This document shows positions 8,689-17,789 of a stretch of DNA of 64,000 nt, in pieces. This DNA comes from Candidatus Campbellbacteria bacterium (GTDB lineage Bacteria > Patescibacteriota > Minisyncoccia > Phycocordibacterales > EsbW-18). Position 1 is the first letter of the stretch. Each line of letters starts with the position of its first letter. The stretch covers positions 80,255-144,254 of the forward strand of contig JANLIT010000002.1 in the NCBI GenBank assembly GCA_024653945.1, written 5' to 3'. The translations under genes and the position numbers were made by a program. The notes under the pieces are model-generated. The model did not search any database. It was not told where the DNA came from and worked only from the letters and a program-made list of their open reading frames with translations.

Positions 8689-11127
8689 CTAATTACTATA
8701 CTTAGTTAGTGGCACTGTTCCGTTTGTTGGTTGTGAATACAGTGTTTGAATTACACAACTAGTGTATGTGAGCCAAGAACTCAACATGGTGTCAGCACCT
8801 ATAACTTGTGTTCCGCTGACTTGTAATGTTGGAAGGTGGCAACCTGGAACCTCACCTCCACCCCCACCTCCGTCTCCGGGAGGAACTGGGGGTACCGGTG
8901 GTCCCACTGGCACCACATTACTATCAAAGAGATACGCGTTACGTATACCTCCGGCCATTATTTTTCCCTGCGGAGTCATAAAGAGGTGTAAAGGTTGTCC
9001 TGCCGATTCACCTATACTGGCTGTTCCATAATCTCGGCGTAGAGGTGCTTCTGCGACACCGGCAAGCGTGCCGTCGTGCCACAAGGTGAAATATCTCTCA
9101 TCAATACCCGGATAACCAGCAAACACCAGGTATGAGCCGGCAACCGCAAAAGCAGGAAATATGGCCATGTCTCGTCTGTTGATATTTGTAAGAACGCTTT
9201 CTGGTACTGTCAATTCTCCTGCAGGTTCCAATCCGTTTGCGCCACTCGTAAAAAGAAAAATTCGATTTGAGTAATTAAGATTTCTTCCCGACTGGCCAGT
9301 GTGTGAAGTCACCGCCAAGCGTTTTGGAGTAGATGTGTAATCAATTGCCACTCTTCCGGGACACAAATTATCCGGCAGTGTTAGTTCTTGTACTGATGTG
9401 ATCCCACCGTCTGATTCGGCTCTGAAAACAGTTGGCGTATACGAGACTGGGGTAGTACACCTGTCAGATGAATTTCCTACGCGTCCAAGTATGTAATCTC
9501 CAAAACCCACAAGAGGTCTCAGCGAGTGTTCCTCTCGCTCCGCAAGTATCTGGAGTGATGGTGTGGAAAGGGTTACATCTCTACCACTGTTTCCATCAAG
9601 ACCAACTTGTACGTTACCGATTACTTTGCCATTGGCGGCGGCAAAGTTACTGTTGCGAATAATAAAATTTGATGAGGGTGAGAAAAGTACACCCCCCCCA
9701 GAAACTTGATAATATCCCGCGTGTTCGGCTCCCGCTCCATACGTATTTCCCGAGACACTTCCACCGTTCGAGCGAACTGCCATAAAAAATCCTCTATCAC
9801 CATCGGCAACCATTTGAGATTCGGCATTTCCGTGGAAGAACAGCGTCTGAAACCTCGAACCACCATCCATGCAAAGATCACGTTGAGAAATAAGTGTACC
9901 ATCATCTTTAAAGAACCACGCTCCACCTTGTCGAAAAGGTGGATATGAGCTCAAGTAATTTTGATCTTTAGGACCACCACACGCACCAGAGAATGCGAAC
10001 GCACCGTTTGCATATGCTGCACTTTGGATATTCTGAGTGCCAAATCTTGGTCCTGGATACACCATTAAATTAGGTAGATCAAGCAGTGTCGCAACAAGCG
10101 GTAATCGCAAACCCGCCTCTGGCGCAGCAACAAAAGGCACTTCAAGATCACAGTGACGCGTTCCGTGAGAATTTGAAACCGTCATAGTAAAGACAGTGTC
10201 TTTTGTTATTGGTCCAGTTACAATACTGCCTGTTTGTTGAGAGTCCGCACGTGCAGGATCTGGAGCACCAACAGTTGGTGTACCTGAAGGAGTAGCTGGA
10301 GCATCATCAGCTTCTATTGAAATAGTTGTTGGTAAATATCCCACGGTGTACGCGAGCGTTACCGTTCCCCCCGTTGCTGTTTCCGGATTACTTCTCATTT
10401 GACAATTTGGTGCGTGGGGAGAGGGTGGTGCACCAGAAGTAACAGTTAAATTTGATGATATGGTGAGGCCGGCATACATGGCGTTAATCTGCGCAACACC
10501 CGCATGAAGTCCCAAAATTTCTTGTAGATTTCCACCGTGAGGAGAACCTGCGTTGTGAATAATCGTACCTTCCTGTGGAGAAGAAAATGTTGTGTAGCCA
10601 CTCACATCATTCCAACTCCCTCCATCGGCACTATATTCGGAACCAAAAATAGCGGGGTTACTACCGGCCTGCACCGTTTGAGGCGCTGGGTTCATGCGCA
10701 AAGATGGCCCGCCAGATGGAGCCGCTGGTTCATACCCAAGAAAAAACAATATTGAAGTTTCAAAAGGACATTGAATTGTTGCGGTTGGGGGATTACCTGC
10801 ATTAATCAACACAAGACGAGAGGTTCCAGCCATTGGCTCTACATCAATACGATATCCCCCAGGAGGTAATGGGGCACCACTATTTGTTGTGTTAACACTC
10901 TGAAAGGTTTGACCATTTCCTGGGAAAAAACGTGATGAGGAAATGACGGTCCCAGCGGGTCCTGTGATAGTAAAGGCGGGGTATGTGTTGAGAGGAAGTT
11001 GGCTACGTGAAAAACCGACACTAATATGATTACATGCATCCACAGCTGATGCGTTTTGAATATTAAACGACGCAAACCCAACAACGCTCAGAGCGACGAC
11101 AGCTATTCCAAGGAGATATTTTTTCAT
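8689..11127 (-). CDS. Large secreted/surface protein (Ig-like plus beta-rich domains)
   Basis: 812-aa ORF, N-terminal signal peptide, Pro/Gly linkers. Confidence 0.8.
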   Translation of the reverse strand: MKKYLLGIAVVALSVVGFASFNIQNASAVDACNHISVGFSRSQLPLNTYPAFTITGPAGTVISSSRFFPGNGQTFQSVNTTNSGAPLPPGGYRIDVEPMAGTSRLVLINAGNPPTATIQCPFETSILFFLGYEPAAPSGGPSLRMNPAPQTVQAGSNPAIFGSEYSADGGSWNDVSGYTTFSSPQEGTIIHNAGSPHGGNLQEILGLHAGVAQINAMYAGLTISSNLTVTSGAPPSPHAPNCQMRSNPETATGGTVTLAYTVGYLPTTISIEADDAPATPSGTPTVGAPDPARADSQQTGSIVTGPITKDTVFTMTVSNSHGTRHCDLEVPFVAAPEAGLRLPLVATLLDLPNLMVYPGPRFGTQNIQSAAYANGAFAFSGACGGPKDQNYLSSYPPFRQGGAWFFKDDGTLISQRDLCMDGGSRFQTLFFHGNAESQMVADGDRGFFMAVRSNGGSVSGNTYGAGAEHAGYYQVSGGGVLFSPSSNFIIRNSNFAAANGKVIGNVQVGLDGNSGRDVTLSTPSLQILAEREEHSLRPLVGFGDYILGRVGNSSDRCTTPVSYTPTVFRAESDGGITSVQELTLPDNLCPGRVAIDYTSTPKRLAVTSHTGQSGRNLNYSNRIFLFTSGANGLEPAGELTVPESVLTNINRRDMAIFPAFAVAGSYLVFAGYPGIDERYFTLWHDGTLAGVAEAPLRRDYGTASIGESAGQPLHLFMTPQGKIMAGGIRNAYLFDSNVVPVGPPVPPVPPGDGGGGGGEVPGCHLPTLQVSGTQVIGADTMLSSWLTYTSCVIQTLYSQPTNGTVPLTKYSN

Positions 11128-11157
11128 GAGTATATATTACTAATAGTTCTTTACATT

Positions 11158-12090
11158 CTACTCTTTTTCGCGATTAGTGTGAAACTTGCTGTGGACTTCT
11201 TTGAGGTGTTTGTCCGTCACGTGTGTATAAATTTGCGTCGTGGTGATGTTAGCGTGACCAAGAAGCGCTTGTACGCTTCGTAAATCGGCACCATTCTCCA
11301 GTAGATCAGTGGCAAATGAGTGGCGAATGACGTGTGGTGTTACTTTTTTGCTAATACCAACCTTAATCGCATATCGTTTTACCAATCTTTCAACAGAGCG
11401 CGCGGTGAGACGCAAATCTTTTGCATTCTTTGACGCTTTTCCAAACTGAATGAACATCGCATCATCCATGTCGGTTCGTTTCTTCAAATAGTCGTTGACG
11501 GCATCACGCGCGGAAGGGGAGACAAACACAACACGCACCTTTTCACCTTTTCCACGAATGGAAAATTCCCCGCGTGACAAATCAATATCTCGAGGAAGTG
11601 ACACCAGCTCTGACACGCGCATGCCTGTTGAAAAAAGAAGTTCCAATAATGCCTTATCACGAAGAGCGCCGACCAAATCGCCCTCGGGCGCTTTCATAAT
11701 GCGGACCAATTCAACTGGCGTAATCAAATCAAGGTCGCGATCTCCGACTTTTGCGAGTTCAATGGCTTCTGGTTGGAGTGTTGTAATGTTTCGTTTGCGT
11801 AAAAATTTCAAGAATGCCCGTAAGGCAATCAAATAATAATTTTGTGTGTTCTTTTTGAGCGTTCCGCTGTTTTGTGCTTCATGTTTCATGGTTCGTGCCT
11901 GCTGACGATTGAGCCACAAACGAAACTCGCGCACGGATGTTTCGGTGATATCAACAGGTTTAGAAATCTTAGAAAAACCAACAAATCTTGAGAGGTACCT
12001 ATCATAGTTTTCAATCGTCTTGGTAGAGCGCCCACGTTCAATCTCAAGGTATTCAAGAAATTCGTGTTTTAATTTTTCAACAGGGTTCAT
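11158..12090 (-). CDS. xerC: Tyrosine recombinase, XerC/XerD family
   Basis: TGMRVSEL, GKGEK, TPHVIRHSFAT, LGHANITTTQIY. Confidence 0.92.
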   Translation of the reverse strand: MNPVEKLKHEFLEYLEIERGRSTKTIENYDRYLSRFVGFSKISKPVDITETSVREFRLWLNRQQARTMKHEAQNSGTLKKNTQNYYLIALRAFLKFLRKRNITTLQPEAIELAKVGDRDLDLITPVELVRIMKAPEGDLVGALRDKALLELLFSTGMRVSELVSLPRDIDLSRGEFSIRGKGEKVRVVFVSPSARDAVNDYLKKRTDMDDAMFIQFGKASKNAKDLRLTARSVERLVKRYAIKVGISKKVTPHVIRHSFATDLLENGADLRSVQALLGHANITTTQIYTHVTDKHLKEVHSKFHTNREKE

Positions 12091-12339
12091 CGCACTAGAG
12101 ATAGAAAACGTGAAACGTTTTCGTGGTTATATTGGTAATGTACAAATCAATACACACATTTTTTGTTCGAGTAAGAGTGGTTTTCATAACTGAGAAATCT
12201 CTAATGTGATTCATACTCCCTATTCTCCCGCACTTTCTAGTGTCGCACAATATTATTTTGCGCAACTTCTCTGCTTGACAACAAGAGCTATTCTGTGTAG
12301 AGTGTGCGCAGAAAGATCGGCAACCAAAGGAGAGGTGGT

Positions 12340-12708
12340 ATGAGCAACGGAAGGTTTCCGAATTACCCCGGCTCAAAAAAAGAGGGGATGCTTCTGAAGT
12401 TTCCAAGCTCTTCGAGCATTGGAAAGGGGATTGTTGTGGAAATGGGAAGCGAAACCGAGAAGCCAGCGACTTCAAGGGCAGAAGTTGCCAGAAAGTTCTA
12501 CCGAATGGAGCTCTACCTTGGAGCTCTTCAGGGAAGGATCCGGCCCGAGAACATCGCCAGTAGGAAGTCGGGCCTCAAGGAGTTGAGTGACTCTCAGCTT
12601 CTCAACGTGGTTGAGAACTCGAGCGAGACGACGTGGGGGGTGCACCCGAGTTTCTACTGGGCGCTGTCGGAAATCATTCGTGAACGAGGCATTCCGCTTC
12701 TTCCGTGA
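12340..12708 (+). CDS. Hypothetical protein (orphan cassette)
   Basis: AGGAGAGG SD before ATG at 12340; TTGACA promoter at 12275. Confidence 0.65.
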   Translation: MSNGRFPNYPGSKKEGMLLKFPSSSSIGKGIVVEMGSETEKPATSRAEVARKFYRMELYLGALQGRIRPENIASRKSGLKELSDSQLLNVVENSSETTWGVHPSFYWALSEIIRERGIPLLP

Positions 12709-12739
12709 TGGTAACCATGTTCTTTAACAAAAGGGAGAG

Positions 12740-12997
12740 ATGGGTATGAACTGGATGAACATGTTGTACTGGGTCATCGGTATCATCGGATACATCCTGA
12801 TGGGCGGTTTGGTCGTTCGGACTGCCCGAAACAGGGGCTACGATAAACCCGAATTTTGGTGGGGAATGCCCAGATTCCTCATCATTCTACTCGTACCGAG
12901 TCCCCTCATGGGTCTTCTGTGGCCACTCTCGGTCCTGACCCACATCGTTTTGGACGGTATCGAGTTTGTTTTCAAAAGCCTCAACGGCTTCAAATAG
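12740..12997 (+). CDS. Small membrane protein
   Basis: GGGAGAG SD, two hydrophobic segments, terminator at ~13008-13055. Confidence 0.65.
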   Translation: MGMNWMNMLYWVIGIIGYILMGGLVVRTARNRGYDKPEFWWGMPRFLIILLVPSPLMGLLWPLSVLTHIVLDGIEFVFKSLNGFK

Positions 12998-13164
12998 CCG
13001 TGTTCTTCAAACCGATTCGCACGTTGTTTTTTCAACGGCGCGAATCGGTTTTTTCTTTTTCTGCCCCGCCCTCGTATTGAGGGCGGGGTTCTAAAAAATC
13101 ATAGTCGTTTCACTCCTTGATTTTTTGAACTTGCAAAAAACCCATAATTTGATATAGTGTTTTT

Positions 13165-13325
13165 GGTCTGGTTTGGACAGCAACAATGCTTTCCCCGCAG
13201 CCATCTGTGCCTTTGTAAGCGGAGCATCAACCTCCGCGACCCTCTCGGGCCATAGGGTGACGCGACATAAAGCAGCGTTCTCGCCAAATCACACCGTGGG
13301 GGTACTCGTTCGTACCCCCACTTTT
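13165..13325 (+). ncRNA. Candidate ~130-160-nt structured RNA
   Basis: TTGCAA-N16-TATAGT promoter; 5' ggtctggtttgg pairs with ccaaatcacacc; internal hairpins; terminator 13296-13325. Confidence 0.5.
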
Positions 13326-13405
13326 CTTAAAATCGTGGGGTAGTGGTATACTCCAAGTGTTCACAACGTTTTAATCCTAGTTTCCAGTATCAAGTCTCTA
13401 TTTAT

Positions 13406-13666
13406 ATGTTATCCAAGAAAAAGAAAATCAAAGTTATTAAGGAAAGTGCTCGACACGATGCCGACACAGGCTCTCCTGAAGTACAAATCAATTTGCTCTC
13501 AAAGCGTATTGATGAGCTTTCAAAGCACTTGAAAGACAACCGTAAGGACAAACACTCACGGCGCGGTCTTCTCGGAATGGTGGCACAACGCCGAACGCAT
13601 TTGGCATACCTCAAAAAGAAAAACCCAGCTAAACACGCCGAACTACTCAAGAAGATCAAAGAATAA
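13406..13666 (+). CDS. rpsO: 30S ribosomal protein S15
   Basis: DTGSPEVQI...KDKHSRRGLL. Confidence 0.97.
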   Translation: MLSKKKKIKVIKESARHDADTGSPEVQINLLSKRIDELSKHLKDNRKDKHSRRGLLGMVAQRRTHLAYLKKKNPAKHAELLKKIKE

Positions 13667-13686
13667 TTCCTTGCACGCAAGGACTG

Positions 13687-13781
13687 CAAAATATCAAATA
13701 CCAAATGACAAACAATCCTGTTATCATTTGGATTAAGGTCGTTGAATTTTTTTGATATTTGTTATTTGAACTTTGTAATTT
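13687..13781. repeat. Inverted pair of 7-mer arrays (AAATxxC / TTTGxxA) with no gene between
   Basis: caaaata tcaaata ccaaatg acaaaca ... tttgata tttgtta tttgaac tttgtaa. Confidence 0.75.
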
Positions 13782-13794
13782 ATTTTAAATATTT

Positions 13795-14334
13795 ATGACC
13801 ATAATCAAACAGAAGGCACAGCGTGTTGCCGTTTTTATCGACGCGCAAAATCTCTATCATAGTGCACGACATCTCTACAGCGCTCGCGTTAATTTCGCAG
13901 CAATCGTTAAGGATGCAATAGGGGAGCGACCGCTCATTCGTGCAATCGCATACGTTATTTCTACCGAATCAGGTGAAGAAAAAACATTTTTTGAAGCTCT
14001 TACCAAAATGGGTATTGAGGTAAAAACAAAAGATTTACAAATTTTTGCAGGAGGCGCTAAGAAAGCTGACTGGGATGTTGGACTTGCTATGGACGCAGTG
14101 AAACTCGCACCAAAGTTGGATGCCGTTGTCATTGTGTCTGGAGACGGAGACTATGTTCCGCTCGTTGAGTACTTGCAGATTAGCCAAGGATGTCAGGTGG
14201 AAGCCATCGCATTCGGACGCTCAACATCTGCAAAACTCATTGAAGCCGCAGACCACTTCACCAATCTTGATGACGATCCCCGCAAGTACCTCATGGGGTA
14301 CCGCGGACGAAATGAGAGAAAAAATGTCAAATAG
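13795..14334 (+). CDS. NYN domain protein (LabA/DUF88)
   Basis: VFIDAQNL, KADWDVGLAMD, VSGDGDYVPL. Confidence 0.92.
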   Translation: MTIIKQKAQRVAVFIDAQNLYHSARHLYSARVNFAAIVKDAIGERPLIRAIAYVISTESGEEKTFFEALTKMGIEVKTKDLQIFAGGAKKADWDVGLAMDAVKLAPKLDAVVIVSGDGDYVPLVEYLQISQGCQVEAIAFGRSTSAKLIEAADHFTNLDDDPRKYLMGYRGRNERKNVK

Positions 14335-14397
14335 CAAATAGTAGAAAGTAGAAGGTAGAAGGTAGAAAGTAGTAAGTAGAAGGTGGTAAGCAAGAAA
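14327..14397 (+). repeat. 7-mer tandem array (GTAGAAA family)
   Basis: tcaaata gcaaata gtagaaa gtagaag gtagaag gtagaaa gtagtaa gtagaag gtggtaa gcaagaa. Confidence 0.9.
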
Positions 14398-14522
14398 ACC
14401 TCGCCGGCATGATGCCGGCGAGGTTTTTCTGTGTTGACTTTATTGCTTTTTAAGTGCAAAATCACGACCAGAAACAACCAGTTCGCTCTTTATCAACCGT
14501 AGTTCAAACCAAGGAGATTGTG

Positions 14523-14774
14523 ATGGAAAACGTGCTTCTCGACGTTGGGCTTTCTCTCCTCAAGATTCTGTACATGATGACCGCGTCGCTTCTGCTGACT
14601 GTGATGGTAAAAATCATCATCTGGGTCTGGCGCAAAGCAACCCCGAACAGTAGGGACCGCGGACTCGATATGTTGAAGTACCTCAGCCTTGTTGATGTTT
14701 GGTTTATTCTTTTTCTCATACTCTACCTGGCCAAAAGTATGGCCGAGATCTTGGAAGATGTTGCAAAAATGTAA
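14523..14774 (+). CDS. Small two-TM membrane protein (orphan cassette)
   Basis: AAGGAG SD; hydrophobic; family terminator at 14801-14840. Confidence 0.65.
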   Translation: MENVLLDVGLSLLKILYMMTASLLLTVMVKIIIWVWRKATPNSRDRGLDMLKYLSLVDVWFILFLILYLAKSMAEILEDVAKM

Positions 14775-14800
14775 TTCTGACGTTCTGCGAGTAATCACTC

Positions 14801-14840
14801 GCCCCGCCTGTGCACCTCGTGTGCTCGGCGGGGCTTTTTT
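14801..14840 (+). terminator. GCCCCGCC-GCAC/GTGC-GGCGGGGC family terminator
   Basis: Related copies at 15387, 15906, 29736, 58990(-), 59793(-). Confidence 0.85.
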
Positions 14841-14931
14841 GTTAAACTTGACAAACATGTATTTAGGCATATAATGCGTGCCAGATTAGAGACACCGCAG
14901 TACGCAATGGCCTTTGGCCAAGGAGGTAAAG

Positions 14932-15369
14932 ATGGCGAGAGCACAGAAGTCCAAGCTTTCCACGATGGGTTCCCTGATGAAGGCAATCAGGGAGGCACTC
15001 AACCGACAAGTCAGCGTCGCGGCGGTGGAGATCAACTACCGCCTCACCCTCACCGCCGACGAGGTCCGTTCGACCCCCTGGCTTGCGGGTCTCGGGACAC
15101 AGCCCCTGAACCCCGAAGAGATTGCTGGACAACACGAGCTCCACAAACTCATCGAGGGCATTCTCCACCAGGAGAAGTTCCTCTCCAAGAGGGAGAAAGA
15201 GGTCCTGAGGCTCTACTTCGGGTTTGGGTGCAAGGAACACTCAACCTTCAAAGAGGTGGGGAAAGTTCTAGGGATTAGCGCCAACTGCGCCTGCCAGCAC
15301 CTCCACAAGGCCGTTAAGAAGTTGCGCCGTTCCCCCAAAGGACGGCAACTCGAGGCCTTCCTCAAGTAG
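14932..15369 (+). CDS. Stand-alone sigma-70 region-4 domain protein
   Basis: LSKREKEVLRLYFG...TFKEVGKVLGIS...AVKKLRRSP...LEAFL resembles the RpoD C-terminus; AGGAGG SD. Confidence 0.8.
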   Translation: MARAQKSKLSTMGSLMKAIREALNRQVSVAAVEINYRLTLTADEVRSTPWLAGLGTQPLNPEEIAGQHELHKLIEGILHQEKFLSKREKEVLRLYFGFGCKEHSTFKEVGKVLGISANCACQHLHKAVKKLRRSPKGRQLEAFLK

Positions 15370-15503
15370 CAGTTCCTTCCACCGTTGCCCCGCCGACGCA
15401 CCTTGTGTGCGAGGCGGGGCTTCTTTTTTTATACACCGCGCACACACGAACAACCTCATTATTTTGTATACTTAGACTTAGATTTGAACATTGAGGAGGT
15501 GTC

Positions 15504-15902
15504 ATGCGACGAATATTTTTTGCGGTGCTCATTCTTGCAATTGGTATAGGTGCCGTGTTCTCTGTTGCACATTATATGAATGCGTACGATGTGTTCCACA
15601 AGAGAATCACTGTACTTGAAAATCGTGTTTATGCTCTTGAACAAAAACAGCGATCAGAAACCCAAGCACAACAGGTTGTGTTTGGGTTGATGAAGGGTAG
15701 GAATATTTTTGAGTGCGCAACATTTTCAAAAAAAGTATTTGGTGGCAATGTGTTCCTCCGCTACGACGACGGACGCGCCTCAAGAGGAACACTTGAGTAC
15801 GATGAGCACTCCCCAAAACCAAAACCCGGAGACCGGGTCGCAGTAACACGCACATCAAAAGGAACGACGCTTGTGCTCGTATCTCCCGAGTTGTGTAAGT
15901 AA
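15504..15902 (+). CDS. Hypothetical exported/membrane-anchored protein
   Basis: GAGGAGGT SD, N-terminal TM/signal, family terminator. Confidence 0.7.
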   Translation: MRRIFFAVLILAIGIGAVFSVAHYMNAYDVFHKRITVLENRVYALEQKQRSETQAQQVVFGLMKGRNIFECATFSKKVFGGNVFLRYDDGRASRGTLEYDEHSPKPKPGDRVAVTRTSKGTTLVLVSPELCK

Positions 15903-16065
15903 TTTGCCCCGCCAATGCACTTCGTGCTAGGCGGGGCTTTTTTATTTTTCTATCGAGGTTTAACCTCGATATTGTTGACTTTTTTTAAAAAGGGTGTATT
16001 GTCCACACCAGATGCACCGACCACACGGTGTGTGTCGGTTTGATTTCAGGAAAGGAGCTGGTGTC

Positions 16066-16791
16066 ATGTGTGAGTTCGTCTCATGGATACAGCCAATGGT
16101 CGGAGATCCTGTGTTTCTCGTAGACCGCGACCTCAAAGACAAGGTTATTCGCAAGCGCGTCGAGGGGTCCCAAGGAAAGGACTTCATTGGTCATGGAGCC
16201 ATCCGAGCCGCATTCCCTGAACTAAGGGGTGGAAATCGGGAGGAGCAACGGATTTGGGAGTCCTGGCGATTCCCAGAGAAGATTCAGCCGTACCTCAAGA
16301 ATCCCGCCACCGTTTTGGCAACTTGGGGAAAAATGCTTATCCTAGGACTCGATGCAAGTGGTCTTGAATTCATTGTTGAGAACGCACCGCCCGCGTGGTG
16401 GAAACCCATCGTTGATTTCTTCGTCGCGAAGAAGGCGAAGGATTCTAAGTGGGCGTATAGCCTGCTCGACACCGTGCACAATCTCACGAGGAGACAGCGG
16501 CAGATACTCGTCGAGAGTGTGGCAAAAAATCCGCAGTTGGCAGACAGTGCGCTTTTCAATTTTTCTGGTCTCACAAAGAAACAGATACAGATACTTGTTG
16601 AAGGTGCTGCAAAAAACCCAGAGTGGGCATACAGCGCACTCCGCGATACCCCTGATCTCTCAAGGAAGCAGAAGCAGGTGCTCATCGAGGGCGTGGTAAA
16701 GGATCCGAGATTTGCGGACGATACGCTCGCTCTCCCGGGTTTCACAAAGAAACAGAGGCAGATACTCGAGTCTGCTATTCGCACCAAGTAG
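16066..16791 (+). CDS. Hypothetical protein with four ~29-aa helical repeats
   Basis: AAAGGAG SD; repeats of the form AKNPxWAxSAL...LTKKQxQILVE. Confidence 0.75.
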   Translation: MCEFVSWIQPMVGDPVFLVDRDLKDKVIRKRVEGSQGKDFIGHGAIRAAFPELRGGNREEQRIWESWRFPEKIQPYLKNPATVLATWGKMLILGLDASGLEFIVENAPPAWWKPIVDFFVAKKAKDSKWAYSLLDTVHNLTRRQRQILVESVAKNPQLADSALFNFSGLTKKQIQILVEGAAKNPEWAYSALRDTPDLSRKQKQVLIEGVVKDPRFADDTLALPGFTKKQRQILESAIRTK

Positions 16792-16996
16792 TTTTTTGCT
16801 CTTTCCTGTCTCATATCGAATTCACGGCGGAATCCTTTTTAGGGATTCCGCCGTTTTTCATTCCAAGTTTTACAAGGCAACGCCTCCTAATATCGAGGCG
16901 TTGCCTCGATATTAGAAATTGACTTTCTTAAGTTTCAAGCGTACAGTCTCGTCAGAAAATGTAGCATGCAGTGGCCCTTGGCCTAAGGAGGTTGTG

Positions 16997-17308
16997 ATGA
17001 GAAAAGATGTGCAAAGAAACGTGTTTTTTGTAGGAAGTGCTCTTACGGTAGTTGCTATTGTGGGTATCCTTTGTTTCACTTTCGGACGCGAAACGTCCGA
17101 ACAACATCTCGCTCGAGAAACTGCCCAGGTTCAGGCGAAAAATCAAAATGTCGCCAATGATCTCCTTGGTAGCCTTCGGTACATGAAAGACCCGCGGACA
17201 GGAATTTGTTTTGCGTTCACACCGACCTTCTATCCCAACGAGTTTGCGTTTACGACCATTCCGTGTGAGGCAATTCCGCCAGAGCTTCTCATCACCCCAA
17301 CACAGTGA
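16997..17308 (+). CDS. Hypothetical single-TM protein
   Basis: TAAGGAGG SD; TM segment; YMKDPRTGICFA motif. Confidence 0.7.
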   Translation: MRKDVQRNVFFVGSALTVVAIVGILCFTFGRETSEQHLARETAQVQAKNQNVANDLLGSLRYMKDPRTGICFAFTPTFYPNEFAFTTIPCEAIPPELLITPTQ

Positions 17309-17341
17309 GAAGCACCTCTGCTTTCAAAAGGAGAAACGAAA

Positions 17342-17551
17342 ATGGCACGAGGTAGACTAGTTCTGAAACAGAAGGTGAAGTCGTTCTTTGAACCATTGGG
17401 CCAAGGTCCGGCCCTCGTATATCGCCACCTTGACGAGATGGTGAATGCCCTTGGTGCGACCAAAATCATCTCGATCAAAGATGACGTGTATGAGTACCCC
17501 GACAGAAGCAGGGCCATCATCCGCGTCGTTGTGTACGAAACCAACAAGTAG
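17342..17551 (+). CDS. Hypothetical protein
   Basis: AAAGGAG SD; terminator at ~17575-17604. Confidence 0.6.
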   Translation: MARGRLVLKQKVKSFFEPLGQGPALVYRHLDEMVNALGATKIISIKDDVYEYPDRSRAIIRVVVYETNK

Positions 17552-17688
17552 CCGTTCGCCCCGCTCCGCAGGAAGCCCCACGCTTCTCTGTGGGGCTTTT
17601 TCTTTACAGGAGTTTCGCTCCTGTGCAGGAGCGAAACTCCTGTAAATTGATTTTTGTGCTATATTCTCAGTATTACAAAGGGGTAATT

Positions 17689-17777
17689 GCTCGCCTTTAC
17701 ATATACGGGTTTGAACATCATTCCGGGGTCTGCAACCGAGGGGAGATGAAAGTCAGATCTGCAATGTGAAGACGAGC
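17689..17777 (+). promoter_or_regulatory. pnp 5'-leader long stem-loop (possible RNase III/autoregulation site)
   Basis: gctcgcctttacat ... atgtgaagacgagc pairing just upstream of the pnp ATG. Confidence 0.5.
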
Positions 17778-17789
17778 TCAGTTTAGAGT

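Noticed and set aside
11158-17604. Classical integron (tyrosine recombinase divergent from small cassettes)
   Set aside because: The recombinase looks like a housekeeping Xer and lacks the IntI-specific insertion. The hairpins lack RYYYAAC/GTTRRRY ends, the cassettes have their own promoters, and rpsO and the NYN gene interrupt the run.
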